DNA of 64,000 nt from an uncultured virus (IMG/VR IMGVR_UViG_3300008108_007691) (taxonomy: Duplodnaviria > Heunggongvirae > Uroviricota > Caudoviricetes): the IMG/VR virus record IMGVR_UViG_3300008108_007691, positions 1 through 64,000 of that record. One strand, given 5' to 3'. The notes beneath the pieces were generated by a model. That model saw only the letters and a list, made by a program, of their open reading frames with translations, searched no databases and had not been told where the DNA came from. This document shows positions 9,686-19,846 of the stretch, piece by piece (the stretch's first letter is position 1; each line of letters opens with the position of its first letter). The position numbers were made by a program, and so were the translations under genes.

Positions 9686-9928
9686 ATGAAAGTGCTAGAG
9701 AAAAAAATGGATAAAGTTATCATAGAACTAACTTCTGAAGAAATTGGAAGATTAGGGTTTGATAAAATCTGGGATGATATCAGATTGATTTATCCAGCTT
9801 CAAAATTTGAAGTTGAACATGTTGATGAAAATCACAATGGAAAAATAATAATAATTAATTTAATAGATCTAGATTTCTATAATTCAATCTTGAGATTGAA
9901 TAAGAATATTAAAGATGATGAAATTTAA
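9686..9928 (+). CDS. hypothetical protein
   Basis: 80-aa ORF coupled to the PrsW gene. Confidence 0.55.
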   Translation: MKVLEKKMDKVIIELTSEEIGRLGFDKIWDDIRLIYPASKFEVEHVDENHNGKIIIINLIDLDFYNSILRLNKNIKDDEI

Positions 9929-10653
9929 AAATTACTTGTTAATTTATCTATTGTAATTTCTTTAATTATTTTATTTGGAATTGAAACACAATCCCAATAG
10001 ATATCTTTTATCTCTAATCCGATAACATTTCCATTGTTATCAGTAGTAATAATTCTGTCTCCAGCAGTACAGTATTTCAGATTGGATGGAATGTTTATTT
10101 CGTGCTCAGTCCAAAGAATGTTCAATTTAATTTCAATATTATCGTTATCATCTTTAGATGAGCTTTTTAAAAGCTCTGGAATTTTATTTTTATAGTCCTC
10201 TAAAAATTTTCCAATTTGTTCTATTTTTTTGTCAAATTCATTTTGTATTTCATTGATCTTGAAATTATACTTCTCAATAGTAGCATTTAATTTATCATCT
10301 AATTTAACATCGAAATCCTTGGTTATTTGATCTTTTACATCACTAACTTTTGCCTCAACTAGACCTTCGAATTTTAAATTCTGATTATAATTCTTAATTA
10401 AAAAATCTTCATCTTTCAGAATTCTTCTACCACCAGAATATGTATCTATTAGTAGTTTTATGAATTTTGGAGAAGTTACATCAGGGTTATAAATCGGATT
10501 TCTAGGATAATTATATTTAAAAAGAAGCTGATAAATGGCATCATATTCTTGTCCATTATATTTATCTAATATGCTTGGTATATCTGATTTTTTTGATGAA
10601 TTATAAATATCATATAAATCATTTAATAATATTTCAAAGGAATCTCTAGTCAT
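9925..10653 (-). CDS. hypothetical coiled-coil protein (ATG at 10653 preferred to the ORF-track start at 10677)
   Basis: The ORF-track start lies inside a terminator; ATG 10653 follows a TATTTAA motif. Confidence 0.6.
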   Translation of the reverse strand: MTRDSFEILLNDLYDIYNSSKKSDIPSILDKYNGQEYDAIYQLLFKYNYPRNPIYNPDVTSPKFIKLLIDTYSGGRRILKDEDFLIKNYNQNLKFEGLVEAKVSDVKDQITKDFDVKLDDKLNATIEKYNFKINEIQNEFDKKIEQIGKFLEDYKNKIPELLKSSSKDDNDNIEIKLNILWTEHEINIPSNLKYCTAGDRIITTDNNGNVIGLEIKDIYWDCVSIPNKIIKEITIDKLTSNF

Positions 10654-10665
10654 ACTATTAAATAT

Positions 10666-10701
10666 AAAAAAAAACACCCTAAAGTGAACTTTAAGGTGTT
10701 T
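10666..10701 (-). terminator. intrinsic terminator after ssb
   Basis: Minus strand aaacaccttaaag-ttca-ctttagggtgttt followed by a T run. Confidence 0.75.
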
Positions 10702-10719
10702 CTTTCAATTTAATTTATA

Positions 10720-11190
10720 TTAGAAAGGAAGATCTTCATCAGTATCATCCATTGCTGGTGCTACTACTGGTTCTGGAGATTTTGAACTAGTAGATTTTTT
10801 TGCAGTTGATGATTTTGGTGCTTCAGAAGAAGCAGAAGAAGATTGTTCCTTGTTACCGCCATTTCCACCGTTAGACAAGAATACAAGTTGAGTAATATTT
10901 ATGTCGGTTGCAAACTTCTTGACACCGTCTTGCTCCCAAGAACGATTTCTGATTTGACCTTCAAGATATAATTGTTTTCCTTTTGTTACATATTTTTCAA
11001 CCAGATCAGCAAGAGGACCCCAAGCCACAATATTGTGCCAATCAGTTCTTTCTGTCTTGTTACCTGACTTATCAGTGTATTTTTCACTTGTTGCTAAAGT
11101 GAACTTTGCTACTTTACCACCCTTATCAAGTGTGGTTACTTCCGGATCCTTGCCCACATTTCCTATGAGCATAACTTTGTTTAACGACAT
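10720..11190 (-). CDS. ssb: single-stranded DNA-binding protein (bacterial type)
   Basis: LNKVMLIGNVGKDPE...ERTDWH; acidic tail DEDLPF. Confidence 0.95.
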   Translation of the reverse strand: MSLNKVMLIGNVGKDPEVTTLDKGGKVAKFTLATSEKYTDKSGNKTERTDWHNIVAWGPLADLVEKYVTKGKQLYLEGQIRNRSWEQDGVKKFATDINITQLVFLSNGGNGGNKEQSSSASSEAPKSSTAKKSTSSKSPEPVVAPAMDDTDEDLPF

Positions 11191-11224
11191 GATTTTATAA
11201 TTTTAATTGTTTAATTAATTTATT

Positions 11225-11255
11225 CAAATATACTAATTATTTTATGAAAAACAAA
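11225..11255 (-). promoter_or_regulatory. Bacteroidota SigA-type promoter
   Basis: Minus strand TTTG-N19-TATATTTG upstream of ssb, matching the -33 TTTG / -7 TAnnTTTG consensus. Confidence 0.65.
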
Positions 11256-13241
11256 TTATTTTTCACTCAATATTTTTTTTCTTATTTCATGGGCTTTTAA
11301 TTTAGGAACATAATTTTTCATTCTTTTTTCAAGTGATTCATTTGATTGAATATCAATCTTATGTAAATGATTACTATCGGTGGATATCTCATTTTCTTTA
11401 CAAAATCCAAGGACTGTTCCAATCAACAAAGCAGTAGGGCGACTGTTTTCATATCCTTTCAATTGTTGTAGAAACAATTTACCATCCTCAATTTTTAAAC
11501 CCATAGTAGCTTTTTCTTTTGAAATTGTGTCCTTAATCCTGATAGCCAAATATGAACCCTTAATTATATCATTAAGATATGTATAAATGCAGTGTTTCAT
11601 TATAAGGCCTTCTTGACTCAATTCTTTTAGATTTGGTATTACTTTGAACTCAAATAAATTCATTGAGTTGTTTAAATTTCTATATTTTTTAACTATATCT
11701 CTAAAAATTAAATCCTTATTTTCATCTTCCATCGCCCTATATATGGCAAACATTTCATCATGAAGTTCCTTTAATTTGTCATAATTTTTTGATTCGAATA
11801 ATTTAGCCTCAGAAATTCTTGTCAGATTATTATATTTATTGTTAGTTAGATTTCTATTTTTTTTGTTTTCAAGTATTTCTACAATCAAATTTAAGGTGTT
11901 AATTGTGTCATAATACATTGTTAACCACTCATCACTACCTTCAAACAATTTATTTTTAAGAATGTGTTGGAGGTGTTTAAGATCTAATTTAACATTCCTT
12001 ATATTGGCTCCAGATACAATTTTGGACATGACTTTTATTACATCTTCACTTGAAAATTTAGAGAATAAAAGTTCAACTTCTGATTTTGATAAATTCTGTT
12101 TGCTAAAAAATTGATATATAACTAAAACATCATCAGAATCTGTTATACTTTTAATTATTATTGGACTTAATTTGAATTCTAAACTATCAACATCATTTTT
12201 TAAATTATTTTGGTATGGCTTAAAATTATTTTTACAGTAGTAATATTTTGAACAAAATTCCAGTATTTTGGAAGTATTAGTGGCACCATTATGTTCTAAA
12301 ACTATTTGTGGACAGAAAAAATCATTATCAAAAGCATTTAGAATAAAATCAAGACCTTTTGTTTTATATAAAGTTGAGATAGGTGGAAAAGTTATAAATA
12401 TAGAGGTGATATTTGAGAATTTTATTAATTTATTCAAATAATCTCCAACATTTAATTTCTTTTTTATTAATTTATCTGAACCAAAAGGATCTCTTTGATT
12501 AACAAAAAATGATACTTTTCCTTTTTCTTTAATTTCGAAAATTTTACTTGAAACTTTAAAGTTTATCAAGAACTTTTCATTATTCAAACCCTCATAATCG
12601 TAGGTCTGTTTCAGAATTTCATCATAATAATTAAAACATATTTCTAAATTTTTATAGTTTATTGTTTCCTCGAAATCAAAAAAATAATCTGCAAAATCAC
12701 TTTCATCTAGATTAAATGTTCTCATTTTGTTCTGTTTTGAATTTACATTCAAATAATCAATATCACTTTTTTCATCAATTTTGCCGAACAAATTGAAATC
12801 TAAAACAGACTCATCAAGAAAAAAATTTATTTCTTTGGTTTTATCGTCATAAATTATATAATCAGTCAAAACAAAATTCTTTAACTCATCATTTTTTAGA
12901 TCATAATAGTAAAAAAGTTTATTTTTTTTAAGAATTTTGATGGTTTTATCATTTATTAATAAATCTTCTTTTATAAAAGAAACTTCCACTAATAATTTTT
13001 GATTTATTTTGATTCCATACAAATTATTCATTATGTCAAAAACCAAATTACAGTTAGAACATTTTATTTGCTCAATGCTATATTTATCCTCATAAAGGGT
13101 TTCTGTATTTTTTAAGATTGTTCTTTTTACCGTTATTTTGCTTTTTTGTTTATTCCCGCACGAGCAAAACAATATTTGACTATAGAGACGATCGGATTTT
13201 TGATTTTTACCCAAATCTACAATAAAAGAATAATTATTCAT
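11256..13241 (-). CDS. PcfJ-like domain protein with N-terminal Zn-ribbon-like cysteines
   Basis: CSCG...CSNC; YYDT...LHD...LSQEGLIMKHCIYTY...QLKGYEN. Confidence 0.75.
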   Translation of the reverse strand: MNNYSFIVDLGKNQKSDRLYSQILFCSCGNKQKSKITVKRTILKNTETLYEDKYSIEQIKCSNCNLVFDIMNNLYGIKINQKLLVEVSFIKEDLLINDKTIKILKKNKLFYYYDLKNDELKNFVLTDYIIYDDKTKEINFFLDESVLDFNLFGKIDEKSDIDYLNVNSKQNKMRTFNLDESDFADYFFDFEETINYKNLEICFNYYDEILKQTYDYEGLNNEKFLINFKVSSKIFEIKEKGKVSFFVNQRDPFGSDKLIKKKLNVGDYLNKLIKFSNITSIFITFPPISTLYKTKGLDFILNAFDNDFFCPQIVLEHNGATNTSKILEFCSKYYYCKNNFKPYQNNLKNDVDSLEFKLSPIIIKSITDSDDVLVIYQFFSKQNLSKSEVELLFSKFSSEDVIKVMSKIVSGANIRNVKLDLKHLQHILKNKLFEGSDEWLTMYYDTINTLNLIVEILENKKNRNLTNNKYNNLTRISEAKLFESKNYDKLKELHDEMFAIYRAMEDENKDLIFRDIVKKYRNLNNSMNLFEFKVIPNLKELSQEGLIMKHCIYTYLNDIIKGSYLAIRIKDTISKEKATMGLKIEDGKLFLQQLKGYENSRPTALLIGTVLGFCKENEISTDSNHLHKIDIQSNESLEKRMKNYVPKLKAHEIRKKILSEK

Positions 13242-13330
13242 TTTTATCTGTTTTTTGACTTAGTAAATATAAGAAATTTGAATGATTTTTTCAAATTATT
13301 GGCTATTTATTAAATAAAAGAAAATCAATA

Positions 13331-15580
13331 ATGGCACTATTAAACAATAGTAATTTATCTTTGAATGAAATAAGATTAAAGGCTCAGGATGTATTTTTAA
13401 GAAATCCATCCAATGAAAAAGCTAAAAAATTATTTATTCAAGCATTTGTTACCGAATTAATTAAAGAAGAAGAAAATAAATTTGACCTTTTTGGATTCCA
13501 ACCTACTAGTCAAATATCTGGAAAAGAAAAATTACAAAAAGACTTATCAACCAGCACTGTCACTCAAAAAAGTGTTGTTGATCCTCCTTTTGGAATGAAA
13601 GCAGCTTTGTGTTTTGGAGAACTAGAAGAATTTCAATTAGAAGTTTTGGATTTAATAGAAAATGAGGGTTTGAGTGATGAAACTAAAAAAATATTAAATT
13701 TTGAAAAAAATGTTATGCCTTATGAAAGAGAAAAAGGGCAAATAGACACAGGGCAACCGGGATCGGATGAAAAAATTGGTCAAATGCGTCTGAAATATTC
13801 TGGTGCATTGAAAGATTTATCATTAGCAACTAGTAAACAATTTTCAGGTCAAAAAAAGATTCCAGTAACTTATACTTTGAGTACAGAAGAAAAAGATGGA
13901 ATTAAGAAAGAAATAAGTAGAACTTGGATTCCATTTAATAGAGCTAAAATGGCAAATGCAATTAGCTCAAGTAACTTAAAGGGAACTATAACACCACAGG
14001 GTGCCGGAGAATTAGAATTTTTAGCAAGAATGTATTATGCTGCTGAAAAAAATATGAATACCACTTTGGAAATACCATCTAATATTCAAATGGATAGTGG
14101 TATCAGTAGAGGATTAGCTGAAGAACAAGAAACGTTTTTGTTAAATTTAGGTGATGGTAGATTAAAAGGCAAAATAGCAGATAGATGTAAATCTATTCTA
14201 GAGGTATATATGATTCTAGTTGTAGAAAAGGTTTTACAACCATTATTAAAATTTGAGAATGTTCAAGAATATGCATACGAAGGAGTACAAAAAGCATTAA
14301 GAAAATTAATAGGTATTGATGAGGTATCAGATGAAATTTCAGAAGGAAAATATGATTTTAATTATGCTAACATTGGTGCTTGGACTTATACTGTTGTAAG
14401 GAATTATGCAATAGATCAATTAAAAGGATTTACAGATTTATTATTTGATAATTCAAAGGCTGCTGATTTAGCATCTGGACTTTCATTTCCATTCTCTTTT
14501 ATTTCAAAAGTACCTACAGATAAAGCAATAGGTAATTTTACTAAATCAGAAGAAAAGCAAGACAAGAGAACTGGTAAAGCTTATTTTGTTTATACATATG
14601 ATGATAAACAATCTTTTCTTGAAGATTTGCAAAAAGCTAATGGATTTGAATATGATGTTAGATCTCCTAAAGAAAAAGGAGAAGAGACCAGAGGTAGAAA
14701 AGCCATATACCAACCCAACAACCCACTTTTTTATAAAAATGTTTCTGATACATTCAGGGGCAACTTTATGACTTCTGTTAAAAAATATTTACCATCAGAA
14801 GAGGAAGCCGTTGAAATGCCGACAAATATTGAAAAAAAGGAAGCAGAATTATTAGCAGCCAGTATAGTAGATAAAATAAAAGGTAATTTATCAAATGTTG
14901 CAAAAGACATCATTGAAAAAATAATAAATGAACCTGATTCTGAAAAGTATGGTCAAAATAAAATAAAATCTTTCATATCTTTCAATAAAGATTTAGCCAC
15001 ATCTATTTTATTAAGAATGTTTGGTTATGGTATTTATAAATTTGTTGAAAAAGAGTCTATTAAGGAAAAAAGACAAAGAGATAAAGAAATTAAAGCTGGT
15101 TTAAAACCATCAAGCCCGAAAGGAACTTATGATTGGATGACAAAACCAGAATTATATCTAGATGATTTTATATTATCATTACAAGATAATAACTATCTTG
15201 GACAAGGCTTACCTTCTGAAGTAACAAATAAATTAGGTAAGAAAAATATACCAATAAGAGAATTCATACAATTGCTTAAAAAAGTAACTTTGGGTTCTGG
15301 TGCAGAGGGCAGAGAGCTAGAAAAATATTTCAAAGCAGGAGAAGAAGAATCTGAAGAATTTAAAAAACTATTATCATCCAAAGGATTCTTATTGCAGAAT
15401 CCTTCCTATCTTAGAAATGTATATTCATTACTCAAGCAATTACCTTCGGGAACAGAATTGGGAAATTCACCACAAGCAAGATTAGATGAGAGTATGAATA
15501 AAATACAGAAATTAATTAACGAATTAAAAAATGAATTCGATAATTATAACAACAAATTATTAAAAAGTTTTAATATTTAA
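13331..15580 (+). CDS. large protein with an ECF sigma region-2-like segment
   Basis: VQEYAYEGVQKALRKL...KYDFNYANIGAWTYTVVRNYAIDQLK; CTATTTAT upstream. Confidence 0.55.
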   Translation: MALLNNSNLSLNEIRLKAQDVFLRNPSNEKAKKLFIQAFVTELIKEEENKFDLFGFQPTSQISGKEKLQKDLSTSTVTQKSVVDPPFGMKAALCFGELEEFQLEVLDLIENEGLSDETKKILNFEKNVMPYEREKGQIDTGQPGSDEKIGQMRLKYSGALKDLSLATSKQFSGQKKIPVTYTLSTEEKDGIKKEISRTWIPFNRAKMANAISSSNLKGTITPQGAGELEFLARMYYAAEKNMNTTLEIPSNIQMDSGISRGLAEEQETFLLNLGDGRLKGKIADRCKSILEVYMILVVEKVLQPLLKFENVQEYAYEGVQKALRKLIGIDEVSDEISEGKYDFNYANIGAWTYTVVRNYAIDQLKGFTDLLFDNSKAADLASGLSFPFSFISKVPTDKAIGNFTKSEEKQDKRTGKAYFVYTYDDKQSFLEDLQKANGFEYDVRSPKEKGEETRGRKAIYQPNNPLFYKNVSDTFRGNFMTSVKKYLPSEEEAVEMPTNIEKKEAELLAASIVDKIKGNLSNVAKDIIEKIINEPDSEKYGQNKIKSFISFNKDLATSILLRMFGYGIYKFVEKESIKEKRQRDKEIKAGLKPSSPKGTYDWMTKPELYLDDFILSLQDNNYLGQGLPSEVTNKLGKKNIPIREFIQLLKKVTLGSGAEGRELEKYFKAGEEESEEFKKLLSSKGFLLQNPSYLRNVYSLLKQLPSGTELGNSPQARLDESMNKIQKLINELKNEFDNYNNKLLKSFNI

Positions 15581-15584
15581 AAAA

Positions 15585-17648
15585 ATGACAAAAGATCAAA
15601 TAATAAAATTTCTTTTAGAAGATATTTTAGGAGCTTCTACAGACAATGAACTTTTCCTAATTAAAGAAGATATAAATTCAGTAGATGACCCTGAATATAA
15701 AAGAATGGTGAATTATTACACAAGATATGCTGCACCAAAATCTCGTTTCGAAATTTTGAGCGATCTTGAAAAAATTTTTGTTATAAACTACGTTGACAAA
15801 GTTGTTAATGGATCTTCAAAACAAATGAAACATCCAACTGAGGGTTTTCCAAACAAAACCCAAGATGCTATAACTACAATACTAGCCACTGAATATGTTA
15901 AACAAGACGAAATAGTAGATGACTGGAAACCAGACACTGTTAATCAGCAAAAAATATTTGAATTTTTATTGAGTTTTTACAATCCTTATGGCAGTCAAGG
16001 CAGACTTAGCAATGTAGGATATAGAGCTGCTAGTGGAGTTCCCGGTATAGATCCTTTAAAAATAGACATTGATCTAGTTTTAGATGGTTTTACCAAAGCA
16101 ATACAAGAACAGTTAGTAAACAAAAAATACAATCCAAATTCTTCCCCTTTTGATTATTCTTTTGTAAAAGTAGCTTGGCCTCAAGATATAATGGATATAT
16201 TTTCAAAAAAACAAAGAAGAAAAGATATTAATATAGATCCTATTGTTAAAAGTTCAACTGTCTCTGGAGATGAAGATGAGGAATTAGACGTTGCATCTAC
16301 ATATGGTGCATCAGATGTTGAATATTCATTAAAGAAAGATAAAGATAAATTTCAATTAATATTAGACCAATTAAATGAAACTGAAAGAAAAGTATTACAA
16401 GGATTCTTCAACTTTATTTTTTCTGAAACAAAAAATGAAGAAGCAGCAGCTTCAAAACTTATAGATGCTGTATATGATGTTGACGGTGATATAAGCGAAA
16501 TAGACGTTGAAGATATTTCTTCCAAAGGAAAAGAAAGTATGTATGATTACATAGGAAAAGAATTAGGTATTGAATATTCAGAAGCTACAGAAAGTAATTT
16601 AAAGTCTAAAGTTTCTCAATTAAGACCTAAATTAATAGCATTGTTTAGAGATCCTAGATTTAAAGAAATTATGGGTATAGAAGATTGGTCAGAAAAAAAC
16701 TTAGATATTTTGAAAGGTACAGGAACTAAAGGTCGTGAATGGAAAAAAATTTCCTCCAAGGATTATGAAGAATTAGATAAAAGTTTAAAACCAACCTCTG
16801 GAACAGCTTATGATGAATTTGGCAAACCTCTACCTTTAGACGATAAAGGAAAAGTTATTCGAAAAAGTAAAAGAAATTTATCTGAAGTTATGCTAGAAAA
16901 CATTCAAGATATAAATGATAATTTCAATTTTAGATTCAATAAAATAAATAATACTTTAGACAAAATAAGCAAGATCAATAACTATATTAATGAGGGATAT
17001 GATGTTGCTGTGAAGGATCTTGATCAAGATATTTATAATTATATAAACAATACAGTAGATGGTTTGAATAAAGCCAATTACATGTTGAATGAATTGGAAA
17101 TTGTTAGTAATGATATAAAATTTGAATATCCTGAAGTTTCAGAAAAATTACAAGAATCGATTGAACCTCTTATTGAAGAGCTTGAGAAATTGATTTTTAA
17201 AGTAAAGAATATTAAAAATTCTATAAGACCTTTTCTCTCTGAGTCAAAAAAAAAATTTAATTTAGAAGAGGATGATTTAGAAGAAGAAAGAATAACTAAT
17301 CCTGATTCAAAAGATTTTGTTAAAAAAAGAGAAAACTTTATTGGATCTCACATTTATGGTGAAGATTTAGGGGGTCTAGGAAAAATGTATGTTGCTTATT
17401 CTTACGGTGAACAGTTTCCAGCTTATGTATGGTTTGATGATAAATGGTATCACAACACTAGTAATTATGTATTAGATGATGGAACAATTAATGAACCAAC
17501 AAACCAACATAAAAAAGATATGAGACCCGCTCAAGACACTCATGGATTATCAACCTTTGCTTTAAATACAATGATTAATAAATTTAAGAACAAACATGGT
17601 TTGGGTGATAACGTTCACACCGATGTTGAACCGGGTGAAAAAAATTAA
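15585..17648 (+). CDS. large protein with divergent sigma region-2-like and region-4-like segments
   Basis: DLVLDGFTKAI...KYNPNSSPF...DIFSKKQRR; ILDQLNETERKVL...YDYIGKELGI...NLKSKVSQLRPKL. Confidence 0.5.
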   Translation: MTKDQIIKFLLEDILGASTDNELFLIKEDINSVDDPEYKRMVNYYTRYAAPKSRFEILSDLEKIFVINYVDKVVNGSSKQMKHPTEGFPNKTQDAITTILATEYVKQDEIVDDWKPDTVNQQKIFEFLLSFYNPYGSQGRLSNVGYRAASGVPGIDPLKIDIDLVLDGFTKAIQEQLVNKKYNPNSSPFDYSFVKVAWPQDIMDIFSKKQRRKDINIDPIVKSSTVSGDEDEELDVASTYGASDVEYSLKKDKDKFQLILDQLNETERKVLQGFFNFIFSETKNEEAAASKLIDAVYDVDGDISEIDVEDISSKGKESMYDYIGKELGIEYSEATESNLKSKVSQLRPKLIALFRDPRFKEIMGIEDWSEKNLDILKGTGTKGREWKKISSKDYEELDKSLKPTSGTAYDEFGKPLPLDDKGKVIRKSKRNLSEVMLENIQDINDNFNFRFNKINNTLDKISKINNYINEGYDVAVKDLDQDIYNYINNTVDGLNKANYMLNELEIVSNDIKFEYPEVSEKLQESIEPLIEELEKLIFKVKNIKNSIRPFLSESKKKFNLEEDDLEEERITNPDSKDFVKKRENFIGSHIYGEDLGGLGKMYVAYSYGEQFPAYVWFDDKWYHNTSNYVLDDGTINEPTNQHKKDMRPAQDTHGLSTFALNTMINKFKNKHGLGDNVHTDVEPGEKN

Positions 17649-17665
17649 CTTTAATTTTTTAAATT

Positions 17666-17700
17666 AAAAAAGGCGATCAAAAATGATCGCCTTTCTTTTT
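17666..17700. terminator. bidirectional intrinsic terminator between convergent genes
   Basis: aaaggcgatca/tgatcgccttt stem flanked by A and T runs. Confidence 0.85.
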
Positions 17701-17714
17701 GCAATATACGTTAT

Positions 17715-18683
17715 TTATTCACCCAGTGTTAAGTAGTTAGATAATATTTCTTTTGCTTCATCATAACTTTTTAAAGCAATTTTTTGTGTGTAAGAAACTT
17801 TAAAAATCTCTAAATAATTACACAATGTCAAAAATAAATTTATTTCTTTTTGAGAGTACCTGTTTTTCTCTAACTTATTAATGAAATCATTATAACTTGC
17901 CAACTCCATTCCAGATTGTATTTTACCATCATCATAAAGAACACTCAACATATCCATATTTGGTTGTCTCATATCATCTAATCTTTTCTTTTTTTCATCT
18001 AGAATTTTTTGAAAATTTTCTTCTTCATGAGTTTCGACTTTACCATCTGAAATTATCGAATCTAACTTTTCATCCAAGTCAATATTTTCTTCTTCAATTA
18101 CACTTTTCTCTTCTTTACTTTCTACTACTATTTGACTTGATGGAGTATCTTCTAAATTAACTTCAGTATTTTTTTTCAAATCTATATTTTCAGGTAATTT
18201 GTTTTCTTCAATACCAAATGTTTTTCTGATGTAATCAACTAATAAATCTAAAAAAGCAAGAGAAACTATTGGTAAAATACCACCAGATATCAATGCTATT
18301 ATTCTTTTTATAAAAATTGGATCTTCATCTGCCAAACCAAATAATTCAGCCCAATTTTTAATCAAATTTGGTTCAATAACCATTTTCTGTGTCAAAACAT
18401 CATAAGCGTAATATGTATTTCCATTAACTTGAAAAATAGTTAACAAAATAAATATAAACCAAACAACATTTTTATTTATTTTACCCAAAGCAACCAAACC
18501 AGCCAATGCAGATAATGCACCAATTTCAAAAGCAATAGCTAAAGTTAATGCAAGACCAAAACCGTTTGACAGTGAAAAGAAATTAATAACGTGAATCGTA
18601 CTAATTACACTTACACAAATTGGAACTAATAAGAAAGATATTATTATTAGCCAAGTCATTTTTGAAATAGAATTTTTATTCAT
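17715..18683 (-). CDS. multi-pass membrane protein with acidic C-terminal domain
   Basis: About 4 hydrophobic segments in the N-terminal half. Confidence 0.65.
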   Translation of the reverse strand: MNKNSISKMTWLIIISFLLVPICVSVISTIHVINFFSLSNGFGLALTLAIAFEIGALSALAGLVALGKINKNVVWFIFILLTIFQVNGNTYYAYDVLTQKMVIEPNLIKNWAELFGLADEDPIFIKRIIALISGGILPIVSLAFLDLLVDYIRKTFGIEENKLPENIDLKKNTEVNLEDTPSSQIVVESKEEKSVIEEENIDLDEKLDSIISDGKVETHEEENFQKILDEKKKRLDDMRQPNMDMLSVLYDDGKIQSGMELASYNDFINKLEKNRYSQKEINLFLTLCNYLEIFKVSYTQKIALKSYDEAKEILSNYLTLGE

Positions 18684-19486
18684 CTTAAATTAAATTTTTT
18701 AATTAATCTATATACAGAAAAGGTTGTTATATTTAGTTTTTTTGAAGTATCTAAAATATCAAAATCATTTTCTTGTAATATTTTTAACAAATTATCTTTT
18801 TTTTCTTTATTTTTTGCTTCGAATGTTTTAGCTCTTGATTCATTAAATTTTTTTAAAAATTCCGGTGATCTTTTCTTGCCTTTTTGCCATACACTACATT
18901 TTTCCTTAAATTCATTAGACGATCTAGATTTTTTTAAAATTTCTGATTCCAACATTGATTTACTAATTTTTTGAGATCTTTCTGGGTTTTTAATAGCCTC
19001 CTTAAATTTTTCTGAATTTTTCACTGATTCACTAATTTTATTTTTCCAATCTTGAGATTCTATAATTTTCTTAACTTTTTCTGATTTTGCCCTAGATTCC
19101 TTTAATTTTTTCTTGTGTTCATCGCCTTCCCACATTTTCTTAAATTTATCTGATTTTTTTAAACCATCTGATATATTTTGTTTATGAGAATCAGTCAATT
19201 TTGGACCATTCCAACTCAAACTATTACCATCGCCCCCTTCAGTTATATTATATCCAATATTTTTATCTTGAGAATTGTAAAATTTAATATAATATTTTTC
19301 TTTTTCATTCAACTCTTCTAAATTATTACAAAAACAAATAATTTCTTTTTTAAAATTATTTTTTCCGTATTTTTTTATACTCTCTTTTAAGGCAACTCCA
19401 CTACCCAAATAATTTTTATTATTTTTCTTATCCTTACCTATATATATCTTACCATTTAAAAGATTTGTAGTTTTGTAAATTATCAT
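18680..19486 (-). CDS. free-standing GIY-YIG homing endonuclease (Seg-like)
   Basis: IIYKTTNLLNGKIYIG...YLGSG...KYG..NF...E...GYNITEGGDG; NUMOD3-like basic repeats; C-terminal HTH. Confidence 0.9.
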   Translation of the reverse strand: MIIYKTTNLLNGKIYIGKDKKNNKNYLGSGVALKESIKKYGKNNFKKEIICFCNNLEELNEKEKYYIKFYNSQDKNIGYNITEGGDGNSLSWNGPKLTDSHKQNISDGLKKSDKFKKMWEGDEHKKKLKESRAKSEKVKKIIESQDWKNKISESVKNSEKFKEAIKNPERSQKISKSMLESEILKKSRSSNEFKEKCSVWQKGKKRSPEFLKKFNESRAKTFEAKNKEKKDNLLKILQENDFDILDTSKKLNITTFSVYRLIKKFNLR

Positions 19487-19806
19487 TTCTTCAACTTATC
19501 TAATTTTTTCTGTAACTCATCTATTTTTCTAGAATAGTCATTCATTACATCATCCGGCCTAGCTGTTGTTCTAACAATTGCATTATTAGTATAGACAATT
19601 TCTCTTGATGTTTTCAAAATACTTATTTCTCTTTCAATTGAGAGAATTTCCATATTCAAAGAATCTCTTTTCTCTAATTCATCAATTCTTTTATTTGTTT
19701 GCTTTATTGAACTTTTTGTTCCACAAGTGTTAAAGAATGTCAAAATACTGAACACAAGAAGCATGATTATTCCATACTTACCTAAAATTTTGTTTATTTT
19801 TTCCAT
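19483..19806 (-). CDS. membrane-anchored coiled-coil protein
   Basis: N-terminal hydrophobic helix ending FNTCG, then coiled coil; TATTTAT upstream. Confidence 0.6.
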   Translation of the reverse strand: MEKINKILGKYGIIMLLVFSILTFFNTCGTKSSIKQTNKRIDELEKRDSLNMEILSIEREISILKTSREIVYTNNAIVRTTARPDDVMNDYSRKIDELQKKLDKLKK

Positions 19807-19846
19807 TTTTTTAAGTGTTTTATAATAAATATTATTTTATTTTTTT

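Noticed and set aside
18680..19486. Group I intron around the GIY-YIG gene
   Set aside because: The ORF overlaps both neighbours, leaving no room for intron RNA structure, and the neighbours look like complete genes.
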